Below, piece after piece: positions 13,676 through 28,829 of a stretch of DNA of 64,000 nt. The notes beneath the pieces are model-generated. The model saw nothing but the letters and a program-made list of their open reading frames with translations. It had not been told where the DNA came from and did no database searches. The DNA is from Octopus sinensis (Eukaryota). The number at the start of each line of letters is the position of its first letter. The stretch's first letter is position 1. The translations under genes were made by a program, and so were the position numbers. The DNA is taken from assembly GCF_006345805.1 (NCBI RefSeq), contig NC_043011.1, positions 59,222,464 to 59,286,463 on the forward strand. The letters run 5' to 3'.

Positions 13676-13980
13676 CCATGCTGCTGCACCTGCTCCCCTC
13701 CTGCTCCTCCTCCCCTTCTCTTACATACTTTTGTATATCGCAAAAGCAAAAGAGTTGACAGTACTCGTATTATTGTGCGAACGTCATTTGTTTGGTTTCT
13801 CAATTTGAATAGATCGTAGATATATACATCAGAAGAAACCGAACAGGAGAGTTTCTCCTCGAAAGATTTAGTTGTGTCATCTTATGCGCGTTTTATCAAC
13901 AACAAAAGAAAATTACTTATAACCTGATTGCATTGTCAAATGTCAGATATTGAATAACTTTCATTATTGAACTTCCCTAG

Positions 13981-14232
13981 TTGGAGCAATCGAGGCTCTG
14001 ACGCTGTCAGCATTCCATATCAATACTAAAGACCGCTGGCACGATTTATACAAGTTCAAACGATACAACAATACAAACTATTCCGTACGTAACTGCAATG
14101 TTTCATTGCTAATGGTTTTCGCTTATGATGATATTCTGAAAAGGTTTTATCAAATCACTTCATTCTGTTACTTCATTCTCACCAAACAAAAATGTTGTGG
14201 ATTGCTGCTCACAACTCAGAATATTTCCCAAG
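13981..14232 (+). CDS. Candidate 252-nt phase 1-1 internal exon of an extracellular protein
   Basis: TTCCCTAG| acceptor, CAAG|GTTAGT donor, stop-free frame GAIEALTLSAFHINTKDRW...TTQNISQ with N-X-S/T sequons NNT, NYS, NVS, NIS. Confidence 0.3.
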
Positions 14233-14384
14233 GTTAGTTCTTTTTTGCGGCTGTCCGAGGTAAATTTTGACTCTAATTTCTAGCAACTGCAGGTGCTATG
14301 TTGCATCCTCTTTCATTAATTTAACCTTTTTAGTTTTAATTGCTACAGCTACCTGTATAATAATGTACTTAATATACCCCGATA

Positions 14385-14449
<65 letters not shown>

Positions 14450-14454
14450 TATTA

Positions 14455-14582
14455 TTCATTAGTTTTATTTTTATAGCGTGCAATTTTCTGTATGTTATAT
14501 GTGTTTGTAAGTCCTGGTGATTTTGTCATGTATTTGTCTGAATATTTTTTTATCATGCCTAATGCACCTACTATGATAGGAA

Positions 14583-14586
<4 letters not shown>
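14455..14586 (-). mobile_element. Short 3'-terminal copy of the R4/Dong-like element with an internal deletion, flanked by (TTA)n
   Basis: Reverse complement matches about 1241..1350 fused to 1474..1494 at a GCAC microhomology. Confidence 0.9.
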
Positions 14587-14622
<36 letters not shown>

Positions 14623-14634
14623 CATTATTATTAC

Positions 14635-14673
<39 letters not shown>

Positions 14674-14699
14674 CATTGTGTGCATGTGCGTGTTTGTGT

Positions 14700-14893
14700 A
14701 CGTATAGTTCAAATTTACAGAAAAACAAAAGACGAAGACTGGTGTATAAACAACAAATGTATTAGTTTGACGATTGGGAAAGTAAGAAAATCTTTCAGAT
14801 TTCGAGCCTACGCTCTTCATCAAAAATGAATAAGAGAAAATAAACAGAGAGGGTATTACAAAAAAAATTCTGGATTTAGCGATCAAGCATGAC
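14700..14893 (-). mobile_element. Penelope pseudo-LTR-like repeat, family H1
   Basis: Homologous to 15136..15342 and 51680..51882; carries a hammerhead-like motif. Confidence 0.65.
14792..14826 (-). ncRNA. Degenerate minimal type I hammerhead ribozyme motif
   Basis: Minus strand reads TTT-TTGATGA-AGAGC-GTAG-GCTC-GAAA-TCTG-AAAG; core C3 and the cleavage triplet are mutated. Confidence 0.5.
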
Positions 14894-15097
14894 AGTTGGT
14901 TGGGAAAAACTGGTTTGATAGAAGAGGTAGCAAAGGGAGATAATAAAGTATTAGTGATCCTTAAACGAAGGTGCACGTGCGTATGTATGCGAAAATGTGT
15001 GCGTGTGATGGGGTTTCTGGGAAGTGATCAGTGCTAGTGTGTGTAGTGTGGTGTGGGCTGATGTGATATATATACATATACATACACACACACATAC

Positions 15098-15134
<37 letters not shown>

Positions 15135-15135
15135 C

Positions 15136-15342
15136 AGTCGCCATGATAGATCGTTAGCCATTACACACATTTTTTCTCTCCTTGTTTCTCTCTTTGTTTT
15201 TCTTGTGTCACTTTCTGTAGAAGAGCGTAGGCCCGAAACGTAAACGACTTTTTCTATTCTTGAGCGTTATACTAATACATCTGTTTGTTTTGTACACCAC
15301 CTGTCTTCGTCTATTGTTTTTGTTTTCGTAAACTCTCCCTAT
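15136..15342 (+). mobile_element. Penelope pseudo-LTR-like repeat, family H1, between (TA)n tracts
   Basis: Homologous to the two other H1 copies; flanked by (TA)n on both sides. Confidence 0.65.
15211..15246 (+). ncRNA. Minimal type I hammerhead ribozyme motif, variant core
   Basis: CTTT-CTGTAGA-AGAGC-GTAG-GCCC-GAAA-CG-TA-AACG; palindromic ACGT stem III, GUA triplet. Confidence 0.55.
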
Positions 15343-15348
15343 ACATAT

Positions 15349-15390
<42 letters not shown>

Positions 15391-16334
15391 ACAGCTGCGA
15401 ACTGGCAAATTTTTTAGCACACCGGACCAAATATTTAGCGGCCCTTCGTCTACTTTTACGTGTTGTGCTCAACTTCTGCAGGAGTCGACTTACCCATTTT
15501 TACCCTTTTAGGATCGATAAAATAAGTACCAGTGGAACACTGGGGTTGTAATCGACTAGTCCCCGTCTTCCCCAAAATTCCTCGGAGTATGGTCGGCATC
15601 TCCTGGAAATGATATTGTATGGATTCGCGTACCTTACTATGGACCAAGTTACGCTATACTTAATCTTATCGCTACACAAATTATTTATTTGTTCACCGTT
15701 CCCTGTTTCCTACAGCATTTGAAATTTACCAACCGTAACTACTGTTCTTTATCTCTTGTTACAATCAAAATCTTCCCGATTATTTTTACTATTGTTCTCC
15801 TTTGTCATTAACATTAATAAACTCGTCAATATCTCCGCAAAATTTGCACCTACCAAGCAGATATGATTAAAACCTTTGTAACGCTATATCCTTCTTCACG
15901 CACAATTTTTTCTCAATTTGTTTATCTTTTACTCTTTGTAAATTACGATAACTATCTATATATGTACGAAAACACATTTAGCTGCTCTCATAAATCTCAC
16001 ATACATTTTTTGTTTAATCTTCTAATGTTTTCGCTCATACAAACACATTTTCTATACATATAACGTTCTAATGGTTTGCTATTCAATAAATCTCTTCATA
16101 TCTATGTAGGTAATTTTTCTAAATTTTCCCAAATATTTCGTACCAGCCTGAAATATTTGCTTTAATTTCTTCTTCTCCAAAATAATTCCAAGGTAAATGA
16201 CTTCTATGTATTCCTTCGTCATCAACCTCGCTCAAGGTTTTCATGTGATACGCGAAATTTTTTGTCACTTTTCCCATTTATTTATCACATATATCTCTTT
16301 ATATCTATCTCTTTCAAACAACTGAAGATATGGA

Positions 16335-16866
<532 letters not shown>

Positions 16867-17436
16867 TAATGTGATCATTTAAAATTTAACCCTGTTTCAG
16901 CTATAGAAATCTCTTGAACTCACGTTTTATCGCTTTGCAGCTTACTTTATTGGTCTCCCTGTCTCCCTCTCTTTCTCGCTCTGCCTTCCTCTCTTCCTCT
17001 TCCTCTCTCTCTCTCTTTCTCTCTTTCTCTCTCTCTCTCTCTATTGCTGTCCATAAATCTCTCTCACCCTATTTTCACAACCCTATTATTAGTTTCTTAC
17101 AATCATTCCTTTGAAATTTTCTTGCTTTACAACCTGGAATTTTCCACTATCCTTATTAGGAAATTGAACTGGCATCTATTTTTACACTTGACTCCGCCTT
17201 AGTTTTATCATTAGTTACATGTTACCTATATTTAAAAAACCTTCGGTATTTCTCTCATTATGTTTCACAAGGTCATTTTGACCGCAACACGTCGCACAAT
17301 ATTTCAACAAATATTTTCTTTTAGCGCCAGCATATCTTCGGTCTATCACTCCTTAGACTGCGACCATGCTGGGTCCATCATTTTATAATTTTGGTACGTA
17401 TTCTATCGGTGTCTCTAGTTCACCACACACACACAA

Positions 17437-17478
<42 letters not shown>

Positions 17479-17809
17479 TATATATATATATATATATTAT
17501 TACAAATTTGTGATATTTACCAATAGATAAGTAACTCTTATTTCAGGATAACCTCATGGTATGTTATACTCACAGAAAATTTTGTTAAATAAATATAACA
17601 TATTTATTTAACTAAATTTTATTTTGTTATTTTAATTATTTTATTTTTAAATTATATTTAAGTGAATGTCAGTCATAGAGTTTATATTTATTAATTTATA
17701 GTAGATAGGATTTGGGGAGAAAACCACTCGCTAAATATTCTTCAGTTTCGTAATAAAGAAGTCTACTTCGTAATGTTAATTGCCGGGTTTAGAGCAAGGC
17801 CATATTTTA

Positions 17810-17872
<63 letters not shown>

Positions 17873-17875
<3 letters not shown>

Positions 17876-18165
17876 GTTTGACTTTTGCTTTACATTTGTA
17901 CAAGCTGGCTCCACGTCTCACCCTGAGACCTCAAGAGACAACAAGTTGGAAGTTCATGTTGGTGTTTTGCCTAGGGTGAACATATATTCTGTTTTGTACA
18001 TAGTGTTGTACTAGTGAATGTCTAACAATACCATACGAAAATTGTTTGTTTTAAAACTTGAGATTACATAGAAAGTATTTTGCGTCGAATATGAACAGTT
18101 CCCATGAGCACTATCTTTTGAATTTCTGCCATTTTTAGGTTTCCTGGTATCTGAGGTAGGTAGCA
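17873..18165 (-). mobile_element. 3' end of a second R4/Dong-like family between TTA arrays
   Basis: Encodes IPGNLKMAEIQKIVLMGTVHIRRKILSM*, homologous to IQKIALLGTAHILRRTLSIQ*, with a different 190-bp 3' UTR. Confidence 0.85.
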
Positions 18166-18187
18166 ATTATCATCATCTTCATCATCA

Positions 18188-18231
<44 letters not shown>

Positions 18232-19046
18232 GTTGTTGTTATTATTTTTTACATTTACCTGTTTGTCAGTCTCGACCAGCTCTAATGTCAAGGGTTTCCC
18301 TTTGTGGCCATTTCCGTTTAAATAATGTATCTCGAAATCCATTGTTCCAGTGTCCCGTTGCATTTTCCAAGTGGGCCGGGTGTCGTTTCAGGAAAATGTA
18401 CCTATTATGACTAGTATAACGCACATGAGTGTAGAAAGTTTCCATTAATACATTTTTAGTTTTATTTTATTTGGTGGTAACAGCTAAATATACTATTATT
18501 ATTTGTTTGGCTGTCACACCCTTGTAGATAATTCTAATAGATTCTTGTTATGTAATACTTTTTGTTTTGATGCTGAAAATAACATTTCGTGATTATGACT
18601 CTAAGTTATGAAAACAAACACCTCAAAGTGTTGCCACAAAGTTTGGAAGTATGGTAGAGAAGTATTGATCTAGAAAGAGATTACTTTTTTTATTTGAAAG
18701 ACAAAGCATAATTAGCAATTTATGGTAAATCATTTTTCCTGTTTTTTTTGTGTGTGTGTAATTATTATTCTTGCTTCCTTTTTATGTCTAGGTTGAATTT
18801 AGACAAGACAGCACTTTTTCTGCAAAAGTTTCAAATTTTTTACTGTCTTTTTATTACATTTTAGCGAGTATGTTATATATGGTTTATACATTTTTATTGT
18901 TTCTCTGAAGTCAGTCGGTGAGCTAGCGAAATCGTTACCACAGCGAAAAAAATTCCTAGCGGCGTTTCTTCCGGTTGTTTACTTTCTAAGTTCAAATTCC
19001 GCCGTGAATGACATTTTTCTTCGACGCCAAAATTTCAAACAATTAT

Positions 19047-19255
19047 TTGTTTCTTTATTACCCACAAGGGGCTAAACATAGAGGGGACAGACAAGGACAG
19101 ACACACGAATCATGTCGATTGCATCGACCCCAGTGCGTAACTGGTACTTAATTTAACGACCCCGAAAGTATGAAAGGCAAAGCCGACGTCGGCGGAATTT
19201 GAACTCAGAACATAACGGCAGACAAAATACGGCTACGCATTTTGACCGGTGTGTT
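19047..19255 (-). mobile_element. SINE family A, 5'-truncated
   Basis: Reverse complement matches 9201..9428. Confidence 0.85.
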
Positions 19256-19427
19256 ATGGTAAAATTCCAGTGCACACTATCTTTACATTAATTTCACTCA
19301 GTTCTCAGTATGAAGATACCTTATCCCTAAATGTTCCATTGTTATTCTTAAATTTGCTACAAAATAGTGAATAGACGTGTTTTGGCATTTATAGTGTTGA
19401 AATTATTTTATTAAGTATGGAATTTAA

Positions 19428-19631
19428 GCCTTTTGATACTAAACCGCCTGAAACCGCCTCTGACCGTGTAGTCTTGATTTCAAAATTTCTTAATTAAAAT
19501 GTTCCACTAAACTTTCAAGTTCCTAATTCTAGCTTAATGATAATTAAGTTATTTTGCCAAATTCTCTGTTATATTTAAAATTACTTAAAAGGAATACCGA
19601 GCATCTTAACAGAAATATGGGAACAAAAGGG
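19428..19631. mobile_element. piggyBac-like MITE
   Basis: TTAA at 19424..19427 and 19632..19635; termini GCCTTTTG / CAAAAGGG (one mismatch). Confidence 0.6.
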
Positions 19632-19774
19632 TTAATATTTGTATATTAATGACAAGTTTCACTGATGTTCAAGAGTAATCTACAGTTTATTTATCGGTAC
19701 TGGTTATTGTATTTCTAATCCTTTAAATCTGCTATTTATATTAACTTTATTCTCTAGTGTACTTTGCCATTCCC

Positions 19775-20079
19775 GGATCTTTTCGCTTTGACCGGCAGAT
19801 TTTAAAAATAATTTCTTTGTAACTAAACACTTTTAAACTTCGTATACTGGTAGAATGTGTTTATAAAACATCTTTTTCTCTTGGCTTTCTTGACAAAATT
19901 CTGTAGTTTGTAAGATATTTGTTGCTTATTTTCAAATAGCATAAAAATTACAGAATTTTCTCAAGAAAGCCAAGAGAAAAAGATGTTTTATAAACACATT
20001 CTACCAGTATACGAAGTTTAAAATTTTTTAGTTACAAAGAAATTATTTCAAAAATCTGCCGGTTAAAGCGAAAAGATCC
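19775..20079. mobile_element. Foldback MITE, probably Merlin superfamily
   Basis: About 135-bp inverted arms starting GGATCTTTTCGCTT; exact 8-bp duplication CCATTCCC at 19767..19774 and 20080..20087. GG termini with 8-9 bp duplications are characteristic of Merlin. Confidence 0.85.
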
Positions 20080-20182
20080 CCATTCCCTTTTGCTCCGGTT
20101 TTGAAATATACTATTTTAGAATTAAGGGTTTTATTTTTTATACTTGCCTGTTCTGTGCCTTTAACATTACTAGTAGAACAAG

Positions 20183-20500
20183 AAACGCGTGGCCTAGTGG
20201 TTAGGGTATTCGGCTCATGACTGGAAGGTAATGAGTTCAATTCCGGCAGTGCGTTGTGTCCTTGAGCAAGACACTTTATTTCACGTTGCTCCAGTCCATT
20301 CGGCTAGCAAAAATGAGTTACACATGTAATTCAAAGGGTCACGCTAGTCATATTCTGTGTCACGCTGAATCTCAATTGGAACTTTGATAAGGGTGTGCGT
20401 GTCTGTGGAGTACTCAACCACTTGGACGTGAATTTCATGAGCAGGCTGTTCTCTTGATCCGATCAACTGGAACCGTGATCGTCACAACCGACGGAGTACC
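20183..20500 (+). mobile_element. tRNA-derived SINE family C, full-length
   Basis: A box TGGCCTAGTGG, B box GAGTTCAATTCC, CORE-like GTTGTGTCCTTGAGCAAGACACTT. Confidence 0.9.
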
Positions 20501-20559
20501 AGTACGCATGACTACATTATCTAATGTCTTTCGCATGCTTAACACACTAGAATATGAAT

Positions 20560-20791
20560 TTACTCTCTTTACTTATACTCTTTTACTTGTTTCAGTCAAA
20601 TGGCGTTCGGACATGCTGGAGCACCACCTTTAGTCGAGCAAATCGACCCCAGGACTTATTCTTTGTAAGCCTAGTATTTAATTCTATTGGTTTCTTTTGC
20701 GAACCGCTAGTTACGGGGGACGCAAACGCACCATCATCGGTTGTCAAGCGATGTTGGGGAGAGACACACAAGCATACACACATACACACAC

Positions 20792-20831
<40 letters not shown>

Positions 20832-21026
20832 TATATACATATATATATATACATATATATATACGACGGCTTCTTTCAGTTTCGGTCTACCAAATCTACT
20901 CACAAAGCTTTGGTCGTCCCGAAGCTATAGTAGAAGACACTTGCCCAAGGTACCACGCAGCGGGACTGAACCCGGGACCATGAGGTTTTTAGGCAAGCCA
21001 CTTACCACACAGTCAATCCTACGCCT
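20560..21026 (-). mobile_element. tRNA-derived SINE family B (CORE-like, internal microsatellite), full-length
   Basis: Reverse complement co-linear with 42161..42618. Confidence 0.9.
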
Positions 21027-23197
21027 ATTTTGGCTTTGATTTAAATATTCAATTCAGATCTGTCCTTAGGAAGGTATGCTAATTAATTCCTTATACCCAC
21101 TGAACATTGCTGAAATCTTACTTTTGTTAATTCCAAGCAGCCGAAGTGCATGAGGGATACGGATTGTTTCCAATCAGCAAAATAATATTATAGTTGAAAG
21201 TTTAAGAATATCATAACATCTCAGTGGATTTTGACTTCGTTCTGGTTGCTTTCTTCTGGTTTAGAACATGAAATATACTCAAAATAATGATAATCCACCA
21301 CTAATAGTTATCCTGACTCTTTTCAGATATTGTATATCAGGAACTGGATTAACCAATGCATTCCTCATCTTTCTTCTTATTTCATTTTTGCAATTTGTGT
21401 GTGATTTTACAGTTATACCTTGCAGCTTAAGCAAGAACATAAAATTTCGCAAGCAGCACGTGTTTAATTGTTTTTCATCATGTAGTACCATGTTAATGTA
21501 TATCTCATTCCTTTCCCTGTAACACCTCACAGAGAATAACACATTTCTCTTATGCAATACAAATTTTCTCACTGTTTTATTTTTTACGCTCGAAATATCA
21601 GGTCGTGTTTTAAATTTCTAGTTGATGAAAAAAAAATACATATCTCTTAGTATTGCTAGATAGTATTGATCTTAAAACTGATTACGTTTCTTATTTCAAA
21701 TAGAAAAAAAGAAACCAGTATATCATTAGCATTCTATGCCATGTGAATTTTGTATAAGAATTTTTAGAATTATTTTCTGAGTTTATATTGTTTTTCTAGA
21801 AGATAGTTCTTTATAATTTGCATTTTGTGTGCTAAATTCTGTATGTATTTTTTATGTTATATTTTAAAAGGAGAATTTTATATTGCATACTGTCTATTTT
21901 ATGTCGAATATTAACCTACAATTTCAGCTATGCCGATTACTTTGTTGTCAATATTTTAGTGGGATCTGCAGTTATTTTGCACCGTTGCTCTTCCTTTTAA
22001 CAATTTTCTTATAACAAAGTATGAAGTCCATTACGATGATTCTTCTTCGTTTTGATTAAATATGTGGTGACATTACAAATCCGTGGTACATAGTTCGTGT
22101 ATCGTCCAATTAGTAATGATGGTCAGGGAAGTTCCTGAAGGAACAAACCTATGACCAAACGTGCTCCAACTGTGACCCTCATTTCCTTGTATGTATAACG
22201 AATGTATCATATATGTATGGTTCTATTTAAAAGAACAGTGATCGATTGGTTTTATTTATGGTCAAAGTATTCGAGTTCAAATTATATTAATGAAGTTGTG
22301 TATATTTTTATATATTTAATACAAGCCGTAGAGTCGCAGAACATCGTTCCATTTAATAATTTAAGAATTTCCCGCCGACAAAAGCCGAAAAGCGCGGGTA
22401 AGTTACATTGTATTTATATACTTCCTTAGATATATTTTTCTTAACAGGAAAAAATATATTACAGCTTCGTATTTCCTCAACCGATTGTATTCCGTTGATT
22501 TTTGTGGTTATTGTTTTTACTACAAAAAATTGACCGTCTTTCAAAGGTATGCCAGCCGTAACCTTTGCCTCTAATTTCAGAAAATGTGCATCTAAAATTA
22601 TATTGCCTTTCCTTTTCTTAAGTCTTAATTCCAAGATGATTTTGCTACATTGAAAAGAAGGTCAAGCAACCGTTTAGCGATTAAAATTTGATGTCAAGTC
22701 AGTCCATTATAATGGCATTGGCTATAAAATACCAGAGTTTTCTTTCATGTTTTTCTTAGAAATTCCCGTCTTCTTTTTTTTTCGCTTTTTCTTTTCTCTT
22801 TTGGCCGCTCGAAACATCAACACGTGTTCAGGATGAATGTTGCTGAAAACGAAAGAGAGTTTTAAGTCTTAGTGACTTATATCACTGGAAAAATATCTTT
22901 CTTATTCGTGAAAAATCAGAACATAATTATAATCTTATGCAATGTAATTTTGTTTTGTTTTTTCCACTTGCTTATTTACCCTATCTAAGTAGTTCTTCTC
23001 CAACACAACTTACTTTCAACTAAAGATTGGAATTCGTTTTTGTTTATTACATTTTAGATAAAATATTGAATTTTTGACATTTTATATTTCATTTTCTAGT
23101 TTCTAATATATATATCATACGTATTATATTTTATATTCTATGACACACCTACACATACATATATGTACATATATACACACACACACAGATATATATA

Positions 23198-23237
<40 letters not shown>

Positions 23238-23244
<7 letters not shown>

Positions 23245-23459
23245 AAATTTAGAGGACTGACCACTAAAAAAATGGAACGCCTATATGCTAGATATATACA
23301 TCAAAATCGCCATTTTCCACGATTTTCCCGCATATAGGCTGTCCATTATTTTACTGGTCAGTCCTCTAAATTTTGTACGTAAAAAATGTTTAGTCTTCAG
23401 ATTTTTAAAAATATGCTAGTCCACTGGTTTTAATTGATTAATATAAATTTCAACCCTTA

Positions 23460-23498
<39 letters not shown>

Positions 23499-23734
23499 TA
23501 TATGTATATATATACACACAAAATTTAGAGGACTGACCACTAAAAAAATGGAACGCCTATATGCTAGATATATACATCAAAATCGCCATTTTCCACGATT
23601 TTCCCGCATATAGGCTGTCCATTATTTTACTGGTCAGTCCTCTAAATTTTGTACGTAAAAAATGTTTAGTCTTCAGATTTTTAAAAATATGCTAGTCCAC
23701 TGGTTTTAATTGATTAATATAATTTCAACCCTTA

Positions 23735-23741
<7 letters not shown>
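23238..23741. repeat. Two near-identical tandem units of about 230 bp, each with a 48-bp-arm hairpin, in (TA)n
   Basis: ACAAAATTTAGAGGACTGACCA...TGGTCAGTCCTCTAAATTTTGT at 23242..23376, repeated from about 23518. Confidence 0.9.
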
Positions 23742-23792
<51 letters not shown>

Positions 23793-24718
23793 ATATATGT
23801 ATTGATATATAGATGCATACACACATAAAAACATATAGAACCGTAAACTTTTAGCTACTTATGTGAAAATGTGCTGTTGAGAACTTAGATACTAACGCTA
23901 CATGTTTTATTTTCTACATTAGCAACTGAATTGGTTGTAGTAAATACATGCATCCCTCCTATTCCATTACATTGTTGTCGTTCCGTTTGTTACAAAACTC
24001 ATATATTTCCCAGTGCTCGTTAACTACGTTATATCATTAAAATATCAGGAGAATCCAAAGCTCATGACGATTTCGATTACTTAGCAACGACTTTAAACAT
24101 AACAAGCTGACGGAGACACAACTGTGAGACGTAATCAGTCAGGGATTATCGTGTGGTTGTTTAATTGGAAAACAGCTACGATAGAATAGGCTTATGATTA
24201 AAACATTTCAGATATGACCACCTCGCCTTTCTCAAGATTCAGTATACACATGTCAGCATTATCTAACGTGTCACGTGTATATTTAGGACAAAGATGTTTG
24301 TTGTTATTCGGTCTGGTTTCTATGTCTAAAGTGCTTTTTTTATGAATAAATTTCTCGTCTGCTGATCAGCAGTCATCTGGCAGAATCGTTCGAGCATCGG
24401 TATTTCATTCGAGCTTTTACTCACCGAGTTCCAGTTTCACTTTGCTTTTCGTCTTCTGGAAGCCGATAAAATGAAGTACTTTGTCAAGTACAACGATCAA
24501 TTATTTCGATATAGTCCATCCTCTTAAATCGCTGGCCTTGTCTAAATTAGCTGAAAAGTTGAAAAAATCCATACTTTATGCTTATATTTTTTATTTCGTT
24601 TCACTCCCACACACACACAAGCACACACCAACACATACACACACACGCACACGCACACATATATATACACACATACATATATATATATATAAAAATATGT
24701 GTGTGTGTGTGTGTGTGT

Positions 24719-25022
24719 GAAGGCGCATGGATCACTGATTACGGCGTCGAGCTTACGATCGTGAGGTTATGATTTCGATTCCCGGACCGGGCTGCGTATT
24801 TTGTTCTTGAACAAGACACTTTATTTCACGTTACTCCAGTTTACTCAACTGTAGAAATGAGCTGCGACATCACAGGTTCAACCTGTATCGGCTTTTGCAT
24901 TTCTTTTGGATAACATTGGTGACGAGAAGCGGGAGGTAGGTATGCATGGGCGACTACTGGTCTTCTATAAACAACCTTGACAGACTTGTGCCTCGGAGGG
25001 TAACTTTCTAGGAGCAATTACC
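24719..25022 (+). mobile_element. SINE related to family C, with a different 3' half
   Basis: Head and TCTTGAACAAGACACTTTATTTCACGTT match 20183..20310. Confidence 0.75.
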
Positions 25023-25047
25023 ATATATATATATATATATATATATA

Positions 25048-25385
25048 AATTGAGATAGGGGTTGTGAGTGCAGGCCACCATGGGATAACATGTATCCAAT
25101 ATACTGCTAGTAAAGCACCCAACAAAGCTAATACATGGCTAATATGAGCACAATGAGGCACCCTTATCTGCATGGCTGAAACAGCTGTAAGATGTAGTAT
25201 ATACTTATATTTGTATTTATTTATATTCGCTTATACATATTACACTTATTGTATCTTATTACTCATTGATGTACATTGTTATGTTTGACCTTAATGTTCA
25301 TATGTAGTGGTTTAATAAATTATGTGATTGGGCATTATCTGGTAGTTGATTATTGATTAAGATGTATTTCTCCATTTCCTTATTT

Positions 25386-25388
<3 letters not shown>
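25048..25388 (+). mobile_element. (TA)n-embedded Penelope pseudo-LTR-like repeat with the 3' half of a hammerhead
   Basis: GGCT-GAAA-CAGCTG-TA (palindromic ACAGCTGT) near 25174..25190; AATAAA near 25314; (TA)n on both sides. Confidence 0.5.
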
Positions 25389-25425
<37 letters not shown>

Positions 25426-25844
25426 CATACATACATACATACATACATACATACATACATACATACATACATACATAATTGCATACTTACATGAATACAT
25501 ATATTAAGATGGCGCCATGAAAAATTAGACGTCGAAGCGTAGACGGCCGATTAAAATATATTTTTGAAAGCTCCCTTCTACATTTATGAGAGTTTCCAGC
25601 CAAAATCTGTAACTGGTTTATTTCTCCCATTATAAATAAGAGAAACATATTTCACCTTCCAACTTAGCTTTATTTTAGCCGGAATTTTAAAGTATACCTT
25701 ATACCACGGGGAATTTGTTTAACACGATTATGGCTGACAACATCACCACCTACAAAAACAGCACTACAGCACCAGTAAGCAATCTAAGAATACGTAAATA
25801 CTAGATGTATACGAGCATACGTGCATAGTGCATACATACATACA

Positions 25845-25878
<34 letters not shown>

Positions 25879-25882
25879 CATA

Positions 25883-26751
25883 CAGAGGGCGTTTAAAAAG
25901 CTACCGTCTAAATTACGCAAAAATGAAAGCAACACTGATATCGCATTTTAACATATATTTTATCCAAATTACATTAAAATATCTTGAAAAATTAGGGTAA
26001 ATTTATTCAATACATTCACCATTGGCTTCAACCACGGCCTCCAGATGACTTCAGAATTCTGTGCAACTCTTCTGGACGGTCTAAATCTTTAAGTAGGTGA
26101 ATGCTGCCATAATCCTTTGCCTTCAATTCATCTGTGGTGTTGCAAGGAGTTATGGTGGTCTCTCGTTCAGCTGTGCTACACACATAATAAACAAGGGGGT
26201 TGCAGTCTAGGGAGTTAGGTGGACAAATCTTAGGGGGGATGTGGCCGCAGAAATTGTGTGACAGCCAAAACTGTGTTCTCCTGTTTGTGTGGCATGGTGC
26301 AGAGTACTGTTGCCAGACATAGGTCTTCCAGCAGGTGCTGTATTGAGCCAGGGCAATACTACCTCCTCCAGGCACTTGATGTAGGCCTCCGTGCTGTGTT
26401 TGAGGCCGTGTGGTAAGATGAATGGAAGCCAAACGTTGCCATCACTGACGATCACTGCAAACACCATGATGTTGATTAAATGTTTGATTTTTATCCCAAT
26501 TTTGCCCTTTTTCCTCAAACGGACACCCAAACACTATAAAATGTTTCTATTGGAGCTCCGGGCACGAATGCCAAGCGGTGCAGCATGTCGTTCCCAAATT
26601 TCGGGCAGAGTGAATTGCGAAATGGTGCTGTTCTTTACATAGACAGTCCCCAACTGATCCTAATATACTGTGTAGTCGACAAATTCAAAAAGAAAACATG
26701 CAATGTGTGAAATAAAAAATATAAAATGGCGACAATTTCCCCATCATACCC

Positions 26752-26753
<2 letters not shown>
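25883..26753 (-). mobile_element. Decayed, internally deleted DD37D (maT-type) Tc1/mariner transposon
   Basis: Frameshifted ORFs give MVFAVIVSDGNV...YVWQQ(Y)SAPCHT...PPNSLDCNPL(V)YY with 37 residues between the mutated catalytic Asp positions; C-terminus LEAVVEANGECIE*. Confidence 0.85.
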
Positions 26754-28286
<1,533 letters not shown>

Positions 28287-28625
28287 CGTCATAAAAGGAG
28301 ATTGTAAAAACATGTTTGGCAGTGTTTATTTATTATTTATTACTTAAATAAATAATATCAAATATTCTTTTCCAATTTCCTGTTTTGATATGTAATACTA
28401 TTTTCTAGTATTGTCAAACACTCGTGCATATCACACGCAATTATAACATCTTCATATAATTTTGGAGTACTGCAGTAAATAGATGTACTTCATGAGAGTA
28501 CAGTTTGGATTATAACACATGCATACACTGACATATTCACACACGGACACATACACTCACGTACACATACACACACATGCACAGACAAACACAAACACAC
28601 CCACAGGCGCGCGCATAAATATAAA

Positions 28626-28820
28626 TGGCGAGCTGGCAGATTCGTTGACACTTCGGACGAAACGCTTAGCAGTATTTCGTCTACCGTTACGTTCTGAGTT
28701 CCAATTCCGCCGAGGTCGACTTAGCCTTTCATACTTTCGGGACCGATATAATCGACTTAATACCTTAGCCTGTCCTTGTTTTCCCCCTCTATGTTTAGCC
28801 CTTTGTGGGCAATAAAGAAA
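28626..28820 (+). mobile_element. SINE family A with internal deletion
   Basis: Matches 9201..9428. Confidence 0.85.
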
Positions 28821-28829
28821 TATATATAT

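Noticed and set aside
20183-20250. tRNA-like sequences here and at 35780, 42161 and the SINE A heads
   Set aside because: A and B boxes are present, but there is no complete cloverleaf and they continue into SINE bodies.
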